Shown: piece by piece, positions 1 through 13,228 of the stretch
Numbering within the stretch: the first letter of the stretch is position 1
How the letters are laid out: the number at the start of each line of letters is the position of its first letter
NCBI RefSeq assembly: GCF_963921235.1
Contig: NC_086097.1
Span: 38,380,001-38,444,000, forward strand
Source: Mobula hypostoma
Taxonomy: Eukaryota
Length of the DNA: 64,000 nucleotides
Direction: 5' to 3'
Notes under the pieces: generated by a model
Databases searched by the model: none
What the model was told of the DNA's origin: nothing
Seen by the model: only the letters and a program-made list of their open reading frames with translations
Translations under genes and position numbers: made by a program

Positions 1-925
1 GACATCACTGGTACCTCAAGAACAGTCATCCCATGACCCAAGCAGAAGCCGTGGCTGAATGCAAAGGAGCTCAAAGTCCAGGATGCTGCCTACAAGTCTG
101 GAGACAGAACAGTTCTCGGAGCAGCCAAGAGAAACCTCATCTTAGGCAGTCTTTTCCCTCTTGAATCTTACACAGGAAGGGAAACATCACTACTCACACC
201 CCTCTTTACATTGCAAATTCAGGAGCACCAGTCTAACGACGCTTCCCAGCATATGTGGCTGGATATCAAGGGCATTACTGACTACACGAGGGAAAACAGC
301 ATTGACTAGTGAATCCTTCCTCCCTCACGCTCTAAATAACTTCTGCGCGTGCTTCAATGAATGCAACACAATGCCAGCTGCAAAAGCTTCCCCCCCCCCT
401 CCCCTCCCCAGGTGAGCAGCCATTGTCTGTAACAGCAGCAGATATGAGAAGGACTCTGCAGAATCAACTCTTGTAAGGCAGCCAGGACACACAACATCCC
501 AGACTGAGTACTCAGAAAGTGTGTACATCAGCTCACTGACGTCTTCACGAACATCTTCAACACTTCACTCACCCAGGCCTGCTGTCCCCACATGCTTCAA
601 TCAGCCACCATCATCCCTGTACCAAAGAACTCTACACCTTCAGAACTAAGTGACTACTGCCAATCATCATGAAGTGCTTTCAATGGCTAGTAATACGACA
701 TATCAGAAACTCAACTCCTGCCACACTGGACACTCACCAATATGCTTACCCAAAGAACTGCTCTCCAGCAGATACCAAGAGCATCTGTCATGCACCTGAC
801 CCTGGCACACCTAGAAAACAAGGACACTTATGTCAGAATGCTGTTACTGGATTTCAGTTCAGCATTTAACCCTATTGCCCGACAGACTTTGGTGAACAAA
901 CTCCTACTCCTCAATCTAACTTCAG
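1..925 (+). mobile_element. Degenerate Rex1/Babar-type LINE, reverse transcriptase region
   Basis: Frameshifted RT motifs: [48 protein letters not shown]. Confidence 0.8.
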
Positions 926-1084
926 TCATACAGTGATCACTCTTTCCAAGAGGATTTCTAATTGCAAGATTGTTGTTTTTGCCTCTCTCATTGCACAGGG
1001 CCAGATCTAAGACAGGATGTTCTCTTATGGTTTTAGTAACATACTATACACAGATGCATTCTCTGAAGACCTCAGCGCTGCCTT

Positions 1085-1350
1085 TACTGACTTGTTTTAC
1101 CCAATTCAATCTGAAAGTCAAACTCGGACATGATAACTGCTGTTCCATTCATACGTGCATCCAATATTTCTTGGTTTATTGCTTGCACCGTTGTCATTGC
1201 TACCAAGATGGATTCAACATTCAGCTTATTACATCTTGTATCATCTCTTGTTATTGCCTTGATTTCATCCTTAATTTCACTCCCCTTTCTGCCTTTTGCA
1301 CTCATTGCCCTTTTAGAACCTAGTGATCTCAATGACCTTTGCTTTTGGCA
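1085..1350 (-). mobile_element. Highly decayed CR1-like LINE endonuclease fragment
   Basis: ORF 1084-1332 (IKDEIKAITRDD...INQEILDA...AVIMSEFDFQIEL) resembles the APE endonuclease segment ending VIMGDFN. Confidence 0.5.
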
Positions 1351-2821
1351 TTAAGAACGTTAGATGAATTACATTAACTTTTTAAAAAGTGCAATTAATG
1401 AATGTGAATTTTGGATATAAATTATGTATAAGTTATTGATTAGTCATAATTTTCAGTATGAAATCTACTGTAAGATGATTCTACTGTAGTTGTGTACTAA
1501 GGAAAGCAAAAACCATTTTCCCTGCAAATGTTCAAAGCTGAAATAATTGAATAGAAGTTTTGGTATAATTATACAATTACATTTACTTTTTATTATATTT
1601 CACCAAATTATGTACTTTAGTGCTGCATTTAGTGAAATTGTTGCACAGAGATTTTCCTACCAAATATATTACCATATAATATTACCATATTACCAACAAG
1701 GTGTGTTCCTCATCTTTACTTTTGAAGATATTTTGAGCCAATTAAATAAGTTTGTTTTTTGCTTGCATTACTTGAGAGTCGCTTAATGAAGCATCGTTAT
1801 ATATTACCAGTACAGTACTGATGCTTGTGTACATTTTTAAATAATCTTTAAAGTGATTAGGGTTCATAGTTTCTGCTTTCTCCCCAGTTCTCCACATCAT
1901 CAACAAATGTTGAAACTGGTGGATCACCCTTACTTTTTTTAAGTCTTCCTACAGTCCACTGAATTTAAAATCCATGCTTGATATCACCTGATTGCATGTT
2001 AAATATCATGGAGATCCAGTTAGTGAAACCTTGAAACAAAATTAATTGCTGTTTCTCCCCATTGGTGCTGATGCTTGGTACATTTTACTGCAGGTAACTG
2101 TTTCTAAACGTTGACTGAATTAGCTGTGTGCTGGAGTGCCATGTTGGCAGGTGACCACAGTTGAAATGAAATGTGCACTTAAAACTGAGAAAACTGCTTA
2201 CTTACATCAGTTGGAGACTCAAAATTCCTGTCTTTGTGTTGCTTAAACCAACAGTTATAAAAAATTTTGTTTTCAAATAATTCAAAGCATTTCAAGAGTT
2301 TTCAACACATTGATGCCTCTTACCAGTACTCAACTAAGTTATTGTGATTTGGTATCTGGTTTTCCAATTATGTTTCATGATATGATTATGAAATATGCGT
2401 CACCAATAAACAACTATTTTCCATCAGTTAATTTGTCATAACTGTCAGTGTTTATGCTCCAAAATGTACATAATATGTACAGTGCAGGGATGTAAGCTAC
2501 ACAAACCAAACAGATTAAGGAGTTCAATAGTAGTATGGTACACAAAATGCCCTTGACTTGCTGTATGTATGGTCTTTTTTGGATGCGCTTAAGTTAACTG
2601 ACCCACCCCCCACCCACCCACCCTTGGTGAAATGGATTATGGTGAATTTCAAGGATTAAACTAAATCAGAAGACCGAGATACTGAAATATTAAAATAGTG
2701 GTTCCTTTTCTAAGTCCTAGAATTTTTAGATATAAGAGAAGATTAAGTATACTAGTTTTTATATATCTTTAAAGTCAGTGATTCATCCAATGATTAAAAT
2801 AATATTTTTCTTGGAAGGTAA

Positions 2822-3085
<264 letters not shown>

Positions 3086-3227
3086 TAGTCCAGTTAGTTT
3101 GGTTATGCTTTTGGAAGAGACTAGTGCAGTGAATTACATTTTCTTCCAGACTTAAGGAGACTTCTATTGCCTGATTTAAAATGTAGTTTTTGTTTTTTTA
3201 GAGAAAATAAGGATTAGGGACAATCAG

Positions 3228-3865
3228 CATGCACAAAATGGTGGAGGAACTCAGCAGGTCAGGCAGCATTGATGGAGGGAAATGAACAGTCAACATTTTG
3301 GATCGAGACCCTTCATCAGCATTGGAAAGGATGAGGTAGAAGCCAAGATAGGGGGAGGGAGAGGAGCACAAACTGGTGGATGATAGACAAATCTAGGTGA
3401 GAGGAGGAAAGTAGGCGGCTGGGGAGGGAAATGAAAGAGAATCATGCAAGAAGCTTAGAGGTGATAGGTGGAAGAGATAAAGGGCTAAAGAAGAAGGAAT
3501 CTAATAGGAGAGGGAATAAAAAGAGGTGGGGAACCAAAGGAAGGTTATGGATAGATTGTGATGCTGGTTATGGAAAGAGAAGAGATGTGGGGGCCACAAG
3601 AATGAGGTAAAACAAAGGGAAGTAGTTATTGGAGGTTTAAAAAAAATCAGTGTTGGTGCCATCAGGTTGGAGACTACCAAGACAGAATATGAGGTGTGGT
3701 TCCTCCAACCTTCATCTGGTAGTAAGAGGAGGCCATGGACAGACATGTTGGTGTGGGAATGGGAAGTCAAGTTGGAAAGAGATCCTGGCTGTCGCAGTAG
3801 ACAGAGTGAAGATACTCAACAATTTGTTTCAGGTCTCATCAGTGTAAAGGAGGCTGCACCAGGAG
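3228..3865 (-). mobile_element. Penelope-like element 3' part (GIY-YIG remnant plus terminal repeat with mutated hammerhead)
   Basis: Minus strand HSHTNMSVHGLL...RLEEPHLIFCLGSLQP-like residues; degenerate CTGATGA-AGGGTCTCG hammerhead at about 3287-3324. Confidence 0.75.
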
Positions 3866-3869
3866 CACT

Positions 3870-4905
3870 GAATGCCCAGGGTTCCCTTATCCTCAGCCTC
3901 CATACTATGAGCCTCTGCATCTGATATCATTCTCCACAACTTCTGCCATCACCAATGGGATCCCACCACCAGGCACTTCTTCCCCTATCACACCCACACC
4001 CCACAAATGCTTCCTGTGGAGATTGCTTTCTCTGTAATTCCCTTGTTGGCTCAGCCTTCCCCATTAATCTCTCTTCTGGCACTTATCCCTGCAACTATGC
4101 TAAGAGCTACACCTGCCCCTAGACTTTCTCCCTCACCACCATTCAGGGCCGTAAACAGTCCTTCCAGGTAAGACGATGTTTCACCTGTGAACTAGTTGGG
4201 GCTCTTTATTGCACTTGATGCTCTTGGTATGCCCTCTGCATTGGTGAGATCCGATGCAAATTGGAAGACCACTTTGTTGAGCATCTTTTCTCCATACGCC
4301 ACAACAGCCAGGATCTCCCAGTGACCACCCATTTCAATTCCACTGCCCATTCCCACACCAACATGCCTGTCCACAGCTTCCTCTGCTGCCACCATGAAGC
4401 CAAGTGTAGGCTGGAGGAACAACACCTCATATTCCATCTTGGTAGTCACCAACCTGACATCGTCAGCATCAATTTCCCTAACTTGTTTTTCCTCATTCCT
4501 GTGGACCCCTGACCTCTTCTCTTCATCTCCCTCCACACTCATGACCTACCCATCATCTTCCTTTGGTTCCCAACCTCCTTCCCTTTATTCCATGGCCTAC
4601 TGTCCTATCAGATTCCTTCTTCTTCAGCCCTTTGCCTCTTCCACCTTCACCTCCAAGCTTCTCACATCATTTCCTTTATTCATCCCTTTCCCCTCTCACC
4701 AAGACTCACCTATTACCAACGAGCTTATGCTTTCCCCTTCCCTTCACCTTTTTGTTTAGGTTTCTGCCCTCTCTTGCTTTCCAGCCATGATAAAGGATCT
4801 CAGCCTGAAATATTGACAGTTTACTTCCCTCCACTGATGCTGCCTGACCTGCTGACCCAGCCTAACCCAGCAATCCGTGTTGCTGAAGATGTCCAAACCT
4901 GCAGA
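3870..4905 (+). mobile_element. Penelope-like element 3' part, inverted relative to the adjacent copy
   Basis: GIY-YIG-type peptide EDHFVEHL...DLPVTTHFNSTAHSHTNMPVHSFLCCHHEAKCRLEEQHLIFHLGSHQP; polypyrimidine 3' region; decayed hammerhead at about 4781-4820. Confidence 0.8.
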
Positions 4906-5559
4906 ATCCTCTCTTTCCACATTGCCTACATATTTTCATTTGACTGATTCAATGTAGCTTTGAAGTTATATGTTTACCTCAGGCTAATGTGTACCATCGA
5001 ATAGTGTTCTCCAATCTTATGTTCGGTTTCTATACACAGAATTCAGCTTTCTTGAGTGGGTTCACCTGAGCTGCCTTGATTTTATAAGATTTAGCTCATT
5101 TAAAGGCCTTTCCTAATAAATACATCTGTGATGAACTATTAGACTCTTACATTTAAAGGAAAATACCTCTTTAGTTTGAGGGGAGTTTTGTTCTTTTCAC
5201 GTCATTCTTCTAATTAGTTATTCCACTAGTGACTGTGCCCTCTGCTGCAACTAAAATTCAGTAGTGGTCATGCCATCAATGACCAACTCTGCAATATCCT
5301 CCATAAATCTCAACACCTCTATCCTACTCTAAGAAGCTTATTAAAACCACTTGTTTGAAAATGCCTGTGCGAATCTGCTCTGGAATCTCCTTCCAAGTCT
5401 TGGTGTTAAATTTTGTCCTCTATGTTTCTTGGAAGCATCAAGATATATTATTACTTTAAAGGTCTTTACAAATCAAGATGTTGCTGGTGGTAACATTAAC
5501 ATTGCAATGATAAAGCTTCTCATGACTAAGTTGATTACAATATAATAAGTCTGTAGAGT

Positions 5560-6310
5560 TTAAAATAGGTATAGGAGCAGAAGTAGGCCATTTGTCCCAT
5601 TGTGTACCCTCCACCGTTTCATCATGGCTGATCCATCCCTCTCCGCCCCAGTCGCCTCCCTTCTCACTGTATCACTTCATGACCTGACTAATCAACCTCT
5701 GCCTTAAATATACTCGATGACTTGACCTCCTCAGCCACCTGTGGCAACAGATACTCCACTCTCTGGCTGAAGAAATTCCTCCTCATCTCCATTCTAAATG
5801 GACGTCCCTCTATTCTGAGGCTGTGTCTTATGGTTTTAGACTCCCCCACCAGAGGAAACATCCTCTCCACATCCACTATATCTAGGCCTTTCAACATTCG
5901 ATAAATTTCAATGAGATCACCCCTCGTTCTTCTGAATTCCAGTGAGTACAGGCCCAGAGCCATCAAACACTTCTGAGATGATAAGCCTTTCAATCCTGAA
6001 ATCATTTTAGTGAATCTCCTTTGAACCCTCTCCAATGTCAGCATATTCTTCCTAAGGGGCCCAACACTGCTCACAATACTCCAAATGAGGCCTCACCAAT
6101 GCCTGATAAAGCCTTAACGTTACACCATTGCTTATCAATTCTAGTCCTTTCGAAATGAATGCTAACATGGTATTTGCCTTCCTCAACATGGACTCAATCT
6201 GTAAATTAACCTTTGCGGACTCCTGCATGAGGACTCCTAAGTCCATTTGCACCTCCAATTTTGAGTTTTCCCTCCATTTAGAAAATAGTCCACATACTTA
6301 TCACTTTATT
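5560..6310 (-). mobile_element. CR1 LINE 3' fragment
   Basis: LYQALVRPHLEYC, LERVQRRFTKMI, RGDLIEIYRML, RRNFFSQRV motifs and CR1-type 3' tail. Confidence 0.9.
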
Positions 6311-8541
6311 TCTACATAGCTCCTTTTACATTTTTGCCCAATCATTATCTGATTCGTGCTCCATTGTATCTATGACTAAAATCAACCAATTTCCTCCCAT
6401 TTGTTTCAGAAATTAATTTAAGGAGCAGAATAAGACCATAAGATATAGGAGCAGAATTAGGCCATTCAGCCCATCAAGTCTCTCCACCATTCCATCATGA
6501 TTGATCCCGACTCTCACTCAACCCCACGTACCTGCCTTCTCACCTAGCCCACCTAGCCATCTTCTATGTCTTGGTGACTAAAGATTAGTCCACCTAGCCC
6601 TTTGAGCTTTTCATTAAGGTCAAAGCCAATATTCAAGCCAACTAATTTCCTTATTATGTCTTTATCCTTATCCTTAATGTCCAGAGATCAATCCATTTCT
6701 CTGTAGTTTGTAAATGAAATATACATTCCACGAGTCAGTTTCACCTTAGAAACTCAGCAATTTTAAATTATTTTGTTGTATGTTTTATTTTGTTTAACTG
6801 GTGGCTTTACTAATTCAATGAATGTTGTCAAATTGTCAACAGTTTCAGTTTTAATTTTTGCCTTGCATTACCATACAGTTGCTAGCCAAGATATTATCTC
6901 CATACATTATTGAATGCAGATTATGAACCAGCAGCAATTAGGTCTAAAACAGCAAAGCTACAGTACTTGCTCATAGCATTTATGTCTCTTTCCTTAATGC
7001 CAAAAAGCTCACACTACAAACCTTTTATGTGAGATTGCAGCATACCAATAATGAGTTGGTATACAGTTTCCTTCCCAGCTTTTACATACTTTAATTTATT
7101 ATCTGATTTTTTGCCTCTGGTTCCATAGAGAAACCTGCAGAGCACCCATTACCCTGTTCTGATCTTTTGCATCTGACCTCCCACTCTTCTCCTGAACTTG
7201 ATGAACTCAGTGGCAGCTTCACATTGTGTTGAGCTGTAGGGCCAGGTCGGCTGCATATATGGCCCCTCAATTTCACAATAGCCCATTGCCCTGGCCTTCA
7301 TTAAAAGTGTGAGTGAGGCTATGTGGTTTCTTTGTTTTTCCTTTCAGTTAATATTTATGCATTTTTCGTCTTAGGAGGTAGAAGTGTTTAGAATGCACTC
7401 TAAAAACCGATTGTTTAATTTCTTTGAACTATAAGCAAACCGTTTCTAAATCCTCCAATCAATGGAGGCATTCAGAAAGCAATGGGGGGAAAATAAAGCC
7501 TTTTTGCAGCACAGGTCATCAAAGGCCTTCACAGCAATCCAAGGGCACGACCACAGTCTTCATTGCCTGCGGACGTGTGATTTGCAACAGGAGACATTTG
7601 GAGTTGTGTAGCTGTCGAAAGTGATGTAAGCCACAGAAGTATTTGAGCATGATCTTTCCTTATCACAGTTATATAGCTACATTTTTATCCTGTTCTGAAT
7701 ACAATAACATGCTGGCAAATGGTACTGCATAGTTTTAGCGGCTTTTGTAATTTACATACGGATTACTCACAAGTGATGGACTGGATACATTAAAAACACT
7801 GTTTTGTTTGAGCTTTTTCAGTGGTGTTCAGAAAACAATACAGTTTGCCCAAGTATATTAAGAATGTTTTTAGTATACTTTAATTTTATAACACTACCCA
7901 TCTCCATTGATTGATAAATGAGTTTTTAGCGGAGAAGGAAGTTTGCAGCAGACTTTAAAGGAAAATTATTTCTCTTTATAAAATCCTTGCTCATGTTGTT
8001 GTGCCTAGTTTACAGACTATGCCCAGAGCAGAATGCTCAAGTTGATTTTTGGGGGGGATAAATTTTAAGTTCAGAAACAATATATTTTATTACTTTGAAT
8101 TTACGTTTATTAACACTGTAACATATCTTTGACTTTTGGGATTTTGAAATCTGTTATGAGAGCAGCAAAATTGGTTTGTTGTTCAGTGTTTTTGAGAATA
8201 AGATGTTCCATGATACTGCTACATATGTAGCTTTGTATTGGGTTTGCAACGCATGAGATCTTGAAAAATAAGTATTGTATTGTATTAAATAAAAAACGCA
8301 ACCTTTTGTAAAACGTTTTTCTTTGTGCCGCAACATTGTATTACGTAGGAGAAGTTAATTTATGTAAAGCACTTTGAGGTGTTTTGATATGAATTGCTTT
8401 ACATAAATGCAAATTTTTATTGTGCCCACGTTATGTTCCTCTTCTCATAACAGAAGCTGAAATTTCCTCATAGTTTATTTTCAAGCTTTTCTGCTAATTC
8501 TTGCTCATTCCCTTTTTCTGTGTGTCTTGCTTTCTCTGAAG

Positions 8542-8556
8542 GCAGGGAATAGTCAG
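8542..8556 (+). CDS. EML5: EML5 15-nt microexon (R-QGIV-R)
   Basis: Long pyrimidine tract, aag|GCAGGGAATAGTCAG|gtaagc; phase 2-2; matches recalled human EML5 RQGVVR. Confidence 0.88.
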
Positions 8557-9815
8557 GTAAGCACTCCTAAAGCAGAGTACAATCGCCAGTCTGTTTTACT
8601 TACTTTAAAGTTAATAGTTTTGTTAAATGGCTGTAATTGAAACATTAAATCCACATCAACAAGATGTGGATTCCATATTTTCATTGCTGAGGCTTCTCAA
8701 ATCAACTGATGAAATATATTTTTCCCTTGAAATAATGGTTGTGAAAAATGGGCAGAATCAGCTCCAGAAAGCTTTCAGACAGGAAGCATCTTGATTGAAA
8801 GCTCACGCATAATTGCATTAGAAACATGGCTCCAATCAATCATTAGGCAGCTCTGATGGTGTTCCAACTACTGTTCTATATGGGCCAGGTCCTCAAGTAT
8901 TCAAATACATTACTGAAGTATCAGAGCATGACTTGTATGTTGAAAATAACTGCACCTGCAATTTTTGAAGCTTTTTGGCAACCCAAACTGAATTTGATTG
9001 CCTGTTCCTGCTATTAAATGACAGCATCCACAATCCATTTCCTTTAAATATTGACCATAATATATTTTGATTTCTCTGATCTCCAATCATTAAAAGCTCG
9101 TGTGAGTGAATATAATTTTCTGTATGTTTTACCCATTTCCTATGAACTCTCAGCTATTATTCACATTTAATGCAACCCTTTCTGAAAAGTAAATGTTGCC
9201 TTGAAAATGAACTTGAGCAGGAGCCTGATTTCTTCCAGTAGATTATATTTGTTGAATGGACTCAGTGGAAAATGAGCTTGTGCAGGAATTAGACAATTGC
9301 CACCAGTTGTGGGATCAGTGGGGAGTGACTGTGCTTTAAGAAGAAAACTGTAAACGTAAAAATATATGACTGACTACTCTGAGAGATTTTCTTTCTGAGG
9401 TACTGAAGTTGTAGCCTGTCCATCTTTTCTTCTTTTACCACCTCTGTGTTTATAAATCTAACATTAATTTTAACTCAGCATGCTTAAGTTCAGGAATTTA
9501 AAGACGGGTACATTTGCTGTGCTGTTCATTGTTTGACTGACATATGAATGTGACTTTGTGCTGGACTGTGTCCCAAACATTTCAGCGGCAATAGGAAAAC
9601 TCTAGTCACTGCCACCATTTTTAGTGGTTAACAGTAAAGTCTCAATTCACTGGCAAATGCTCTCAATTTAGCACTTCAAGTCTGAGCAGTTTGTTTCTGA
9701 GTTGATCAATTTCTATTTGTCGTGGCAGCTATAAATATGAATTTCTAATTGAAAATTTGATGATATCATTTAATAATATACTACATTTATTTTTGGCTGC
9801 GGCTGTCCTGTTAAG

Positions 9816-9824
9816 GGGTTCAAG
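9816..9824 (+). CDS. EML5: EML5 9-nt microexon (R-GS-R)
   Basis: ttaag|GGGTTCAAG|gtaatt; phase 2-2; completes the recalled RQGVVRGSRPPVSR peptide. Confidence 0.8.
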
Positions 9825-10392
9825 GTAATTATATATTTCATTCTTTATTTATTTTTTGTATTGTGTTTTTACTTTGATGTTCAGCTGTCTAAAATAACAT
9901 ATGTAATTTGCATATTAGTTTAATCTAATGAAGCACATAATGAAATAACTAAAAACATTTAAATAAGCCACACCATACACATCATTAAATACTGCTAATT
10001 AATGATGTGGAATCAGGGATTGTATTTGACTAATACAAACGAACAGCTTTGCATCCTCAGTCATAGTAGTCCATGCAAAACACGTCACATTAGTTTGAAT
10101 TATAATCCAAACACTTTGTCCCGTATATTTTTGTAAAATAACTGTAATCTACATTTCGCTACGTAAAACCTTTGGGATTTCCATATGAACAATATTCCTG
10201 ACGTTGTAAGCAATGATTCACCACTTCCAAAGGTGCTGGGTTGTTCGTTCGGAGCCTGAAACTGCGGCAATTCCCCTCCCCTCACAGTGGGGAAACCACA
10301 AAAACAAAGCACTACAGTGGATTTGCCACATGGGCTGCTTCATATAATCTCAGTGGCAGCGAACAGTTTGTAGAAGAAAAATAGTAAGACAT

Positions 10393-11065
10393 TGTGACGA
10401 ACATTAAGGGGTTAATGACCTCCTTCTAGTACGTGAATTCAAAGTCTGTATTCACTTATCTGCGGCTAATGTACACTGCATGACTGAAATGTGCTTTGTA
10501 GATGGGATGGGAAAATAACTATGTCTGTGCTTCCTTATTCTAAGCATCATCACATGTCTGCACTTGGGAAAGCCTGATATATTTGTCCTGAGAACTACCA
10601 CTTAAGAAAACGTATAACTGCTCAGGGACATACAGTATAGTGCAACTTCGCTATTCTAATGAGTTGTAGTTGAAGTTCCCTCCTTTTTCAGATTTAAGTG
10701 CTTCTTGTCACGTACGCCTGGGGTATAAATAAGAATATAATCCATTGTTGAGCAGAGCTGTGGAGCTCTGCTTTAGGAGTCTGCGCTCTCCATGATATCA
10801 TGTAATAGAACCCTTTAGTCTGAAACAACACTCTGAGTCAGCCTGATCTATCCTGTCTGCTGCTCCTGAGATTTGTCCAAAACGCAGTTTAAAGGAAATG
10901 AGGCAGATTTTTTTTTTTGTGAGGCTACCTTCTACCCATCACTAACGAACACACAGGGCCAATCCCCACACAGTCTATCCTTGAAGAAAGGTGCTGGCTG
11001 TGGGCCTGACGTTTGTGCTGGGGACCCTACGTTAGGCAGGTGCCGGGGACCCTGTATTATTAACA
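10393..11065 (+). mobile_element. Probable solo LTR (boundaries uncertain)
   Basis: Starts TGTGACG...AAGGGGTTAAT; TATAAATA at 10724; 9-bp hairpin 10751-10772; 18-mer shared with the ERV LTR at 50166; no TSD found. Confidence 0.45.
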
Positions 11066-11789
11066 TCCAACTTCATAGTCCCTCCAGCTAAATGTTTCCG
11101 AAAGTCGTTGCAGTATACTATTTGTAGCATTTTGTTGTTCAAAGTTAATCTCCAATTCAGGACAATAAAATACTAAATATTATTTCTCTAAGGTTACAGC
11201 TATGTGATCTCTGCTAAGTATTTTTGGGATGGTTTAATTAGCAATTAATCAAATTAGTCTATCCACACAAGGCATCCAAAAGGAGAAAATGAAGAAGATA
11301 TTTTTAAAGGAAGTATGTTGTGTATTCAATAATATTGTGTACTTCCCATACAAATTGTACTAATCTATTTTAACTACCTGAATTTGCATTTGATCATTTT
11401 CCACACATCAGTCATAACATGAACAAATGGGTGAGTACCAGGATGGTAGCAAATTATATTTTTAAGAGTTTGCAAATATCTTATGCACGTAAATGTGGCA
11501 TTGCCTGGAGTGCTATCTGAAAGCATACATCTTAACTAAACTAAATGCACTGGTTGATAGATTTACATTGCAATAGTAGAAGAAGATTGGAGTAATTTAT
11601 CCATCTGAATTTGTCTATATTGCATTTTCAGCGAAAGTAATTTAAATTTGATTCCTTTGTTTTATTGCCTTCAAATTTAGGAAAATATACTTGCAGATGA
11701 TAGAATGACTCTCTTGACCAAAAAGCAGCCTCAGCCTCCATTTTTACTCAACTCTGCTTTGTAAATGGAACAAGGATGATTATAAAGCT

Positions 11790-12550
11790 ATAGAAATGGA
11801 AGCAGGCCATTCAGACCACCACACCCATGCTGTCCAGTCATTAATCTCAGATTTTAGAACCTGGTCTGTAGCCTCCTGTGCCTAGGTGATTTAAATACTG
11901 CCAGCAACTCTGCTTCCACCATTCTCTCTCTCTCTGACAGTGCATTTTAAGGTCAAAGCAAATTTATTATTAAAATACATATCCAGTACATTATCATATT
12001 CTAGCTTGCGATTCATTTTCTTGCAGGCATTTACAGGAAAAAAAGAAATGCAATGGAGTTTTACGAAAAACAATACATAAACAGTTAAAGACTGATAAAC
12101 AGCCAAAGTGCAAATGAAGATAAACTGCAAATTAAAATAATACTGGCAACCTGGGTTGTAGAGAGTTCTTGAAAGTGGTTGTAGAATCAGTTCAGAGTAG
12201 AGGTGAATGAAGTTACCTTTGCAGGTTTAGGAAGGATCCTATTAGTTGTAGGGTAATAACTGTTACTGAACCTGGTGGTGAGGAACCTAAGACTTCCACT
12301 CTCAGGGTGAAGGAGGTCCCTCTCAGATCCCCAAATCCATAAATCTGTTTCCTTCAGCTTTACTCACCTCCAATAAAGGGAAAAGATTCCTGAAGTGTAC
12401 ACTACTCATACTTTTACATACTTCAGTCGTGTCCCCTCTTAACCTCCTATGCTCCAGGGGAAAACAAATCTAGTCCCTCTAATCTCTCCTCATAACTAAA
12501 ATGCTCCAGCTCAGCCAACATCCTAGTGAATCTCCACTACATTCTCTCTG
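11790..12550 (-). mobile_element. Decayed CR1 3' end with a nested Rex1-derived tail (about 11945-12300)
   Basis: Similarity to the other CR1 3' UTRs and to the aataaatttactttga-tailed repeat elsewhere in the window. Confidence 0.55.
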
Positions 12551-13087
12551 GTGCTTTGGTTTTGTGGTTGTGGGGAAAAAAGACTAATTGTAGTAAATTA
12601 GGTGCTTATGAAAATGAGTGACATGATTCACTTTTGCATAAGAAAATATAACAAATTACAACTTTAAAAAAAATGAATATCATTTTTCTTTGGCCCTTTC
12701 GGTATAAATTTAATGTGTCAATGTGGACACGGAGCAATTATTGAGAAAACCTTGAATCTCTGTTGTTCTTATGTTTTTATGATTTCCCTTAAAAAATTTA
12801 TTACTACTGAATGTAGCAGCCGTGAATGTGAAGATTTTTTGCAGTTATTTTTCCTTTGTATATTTTTATAATAAACAGAGACTAATTTTGAAATAAAAAG
12901 ACTCAAATTCCATTACAGGAAAACTTCATTTGTAGATCTAAAAATAAGGGGTAAAGGTGCACATCACAAAATTGTTCCCATATTTCCAGTGCAATTTTAG
13001 TTTTGCAGTGTAAAGCCTTCAGTTATCTACAATTGAAGAAAAAAATGAATTGCGTTTGTTTGCTGGTATACAAGTTAAATTTATTGA

Positions 13088-13228
<141 letters not shown>

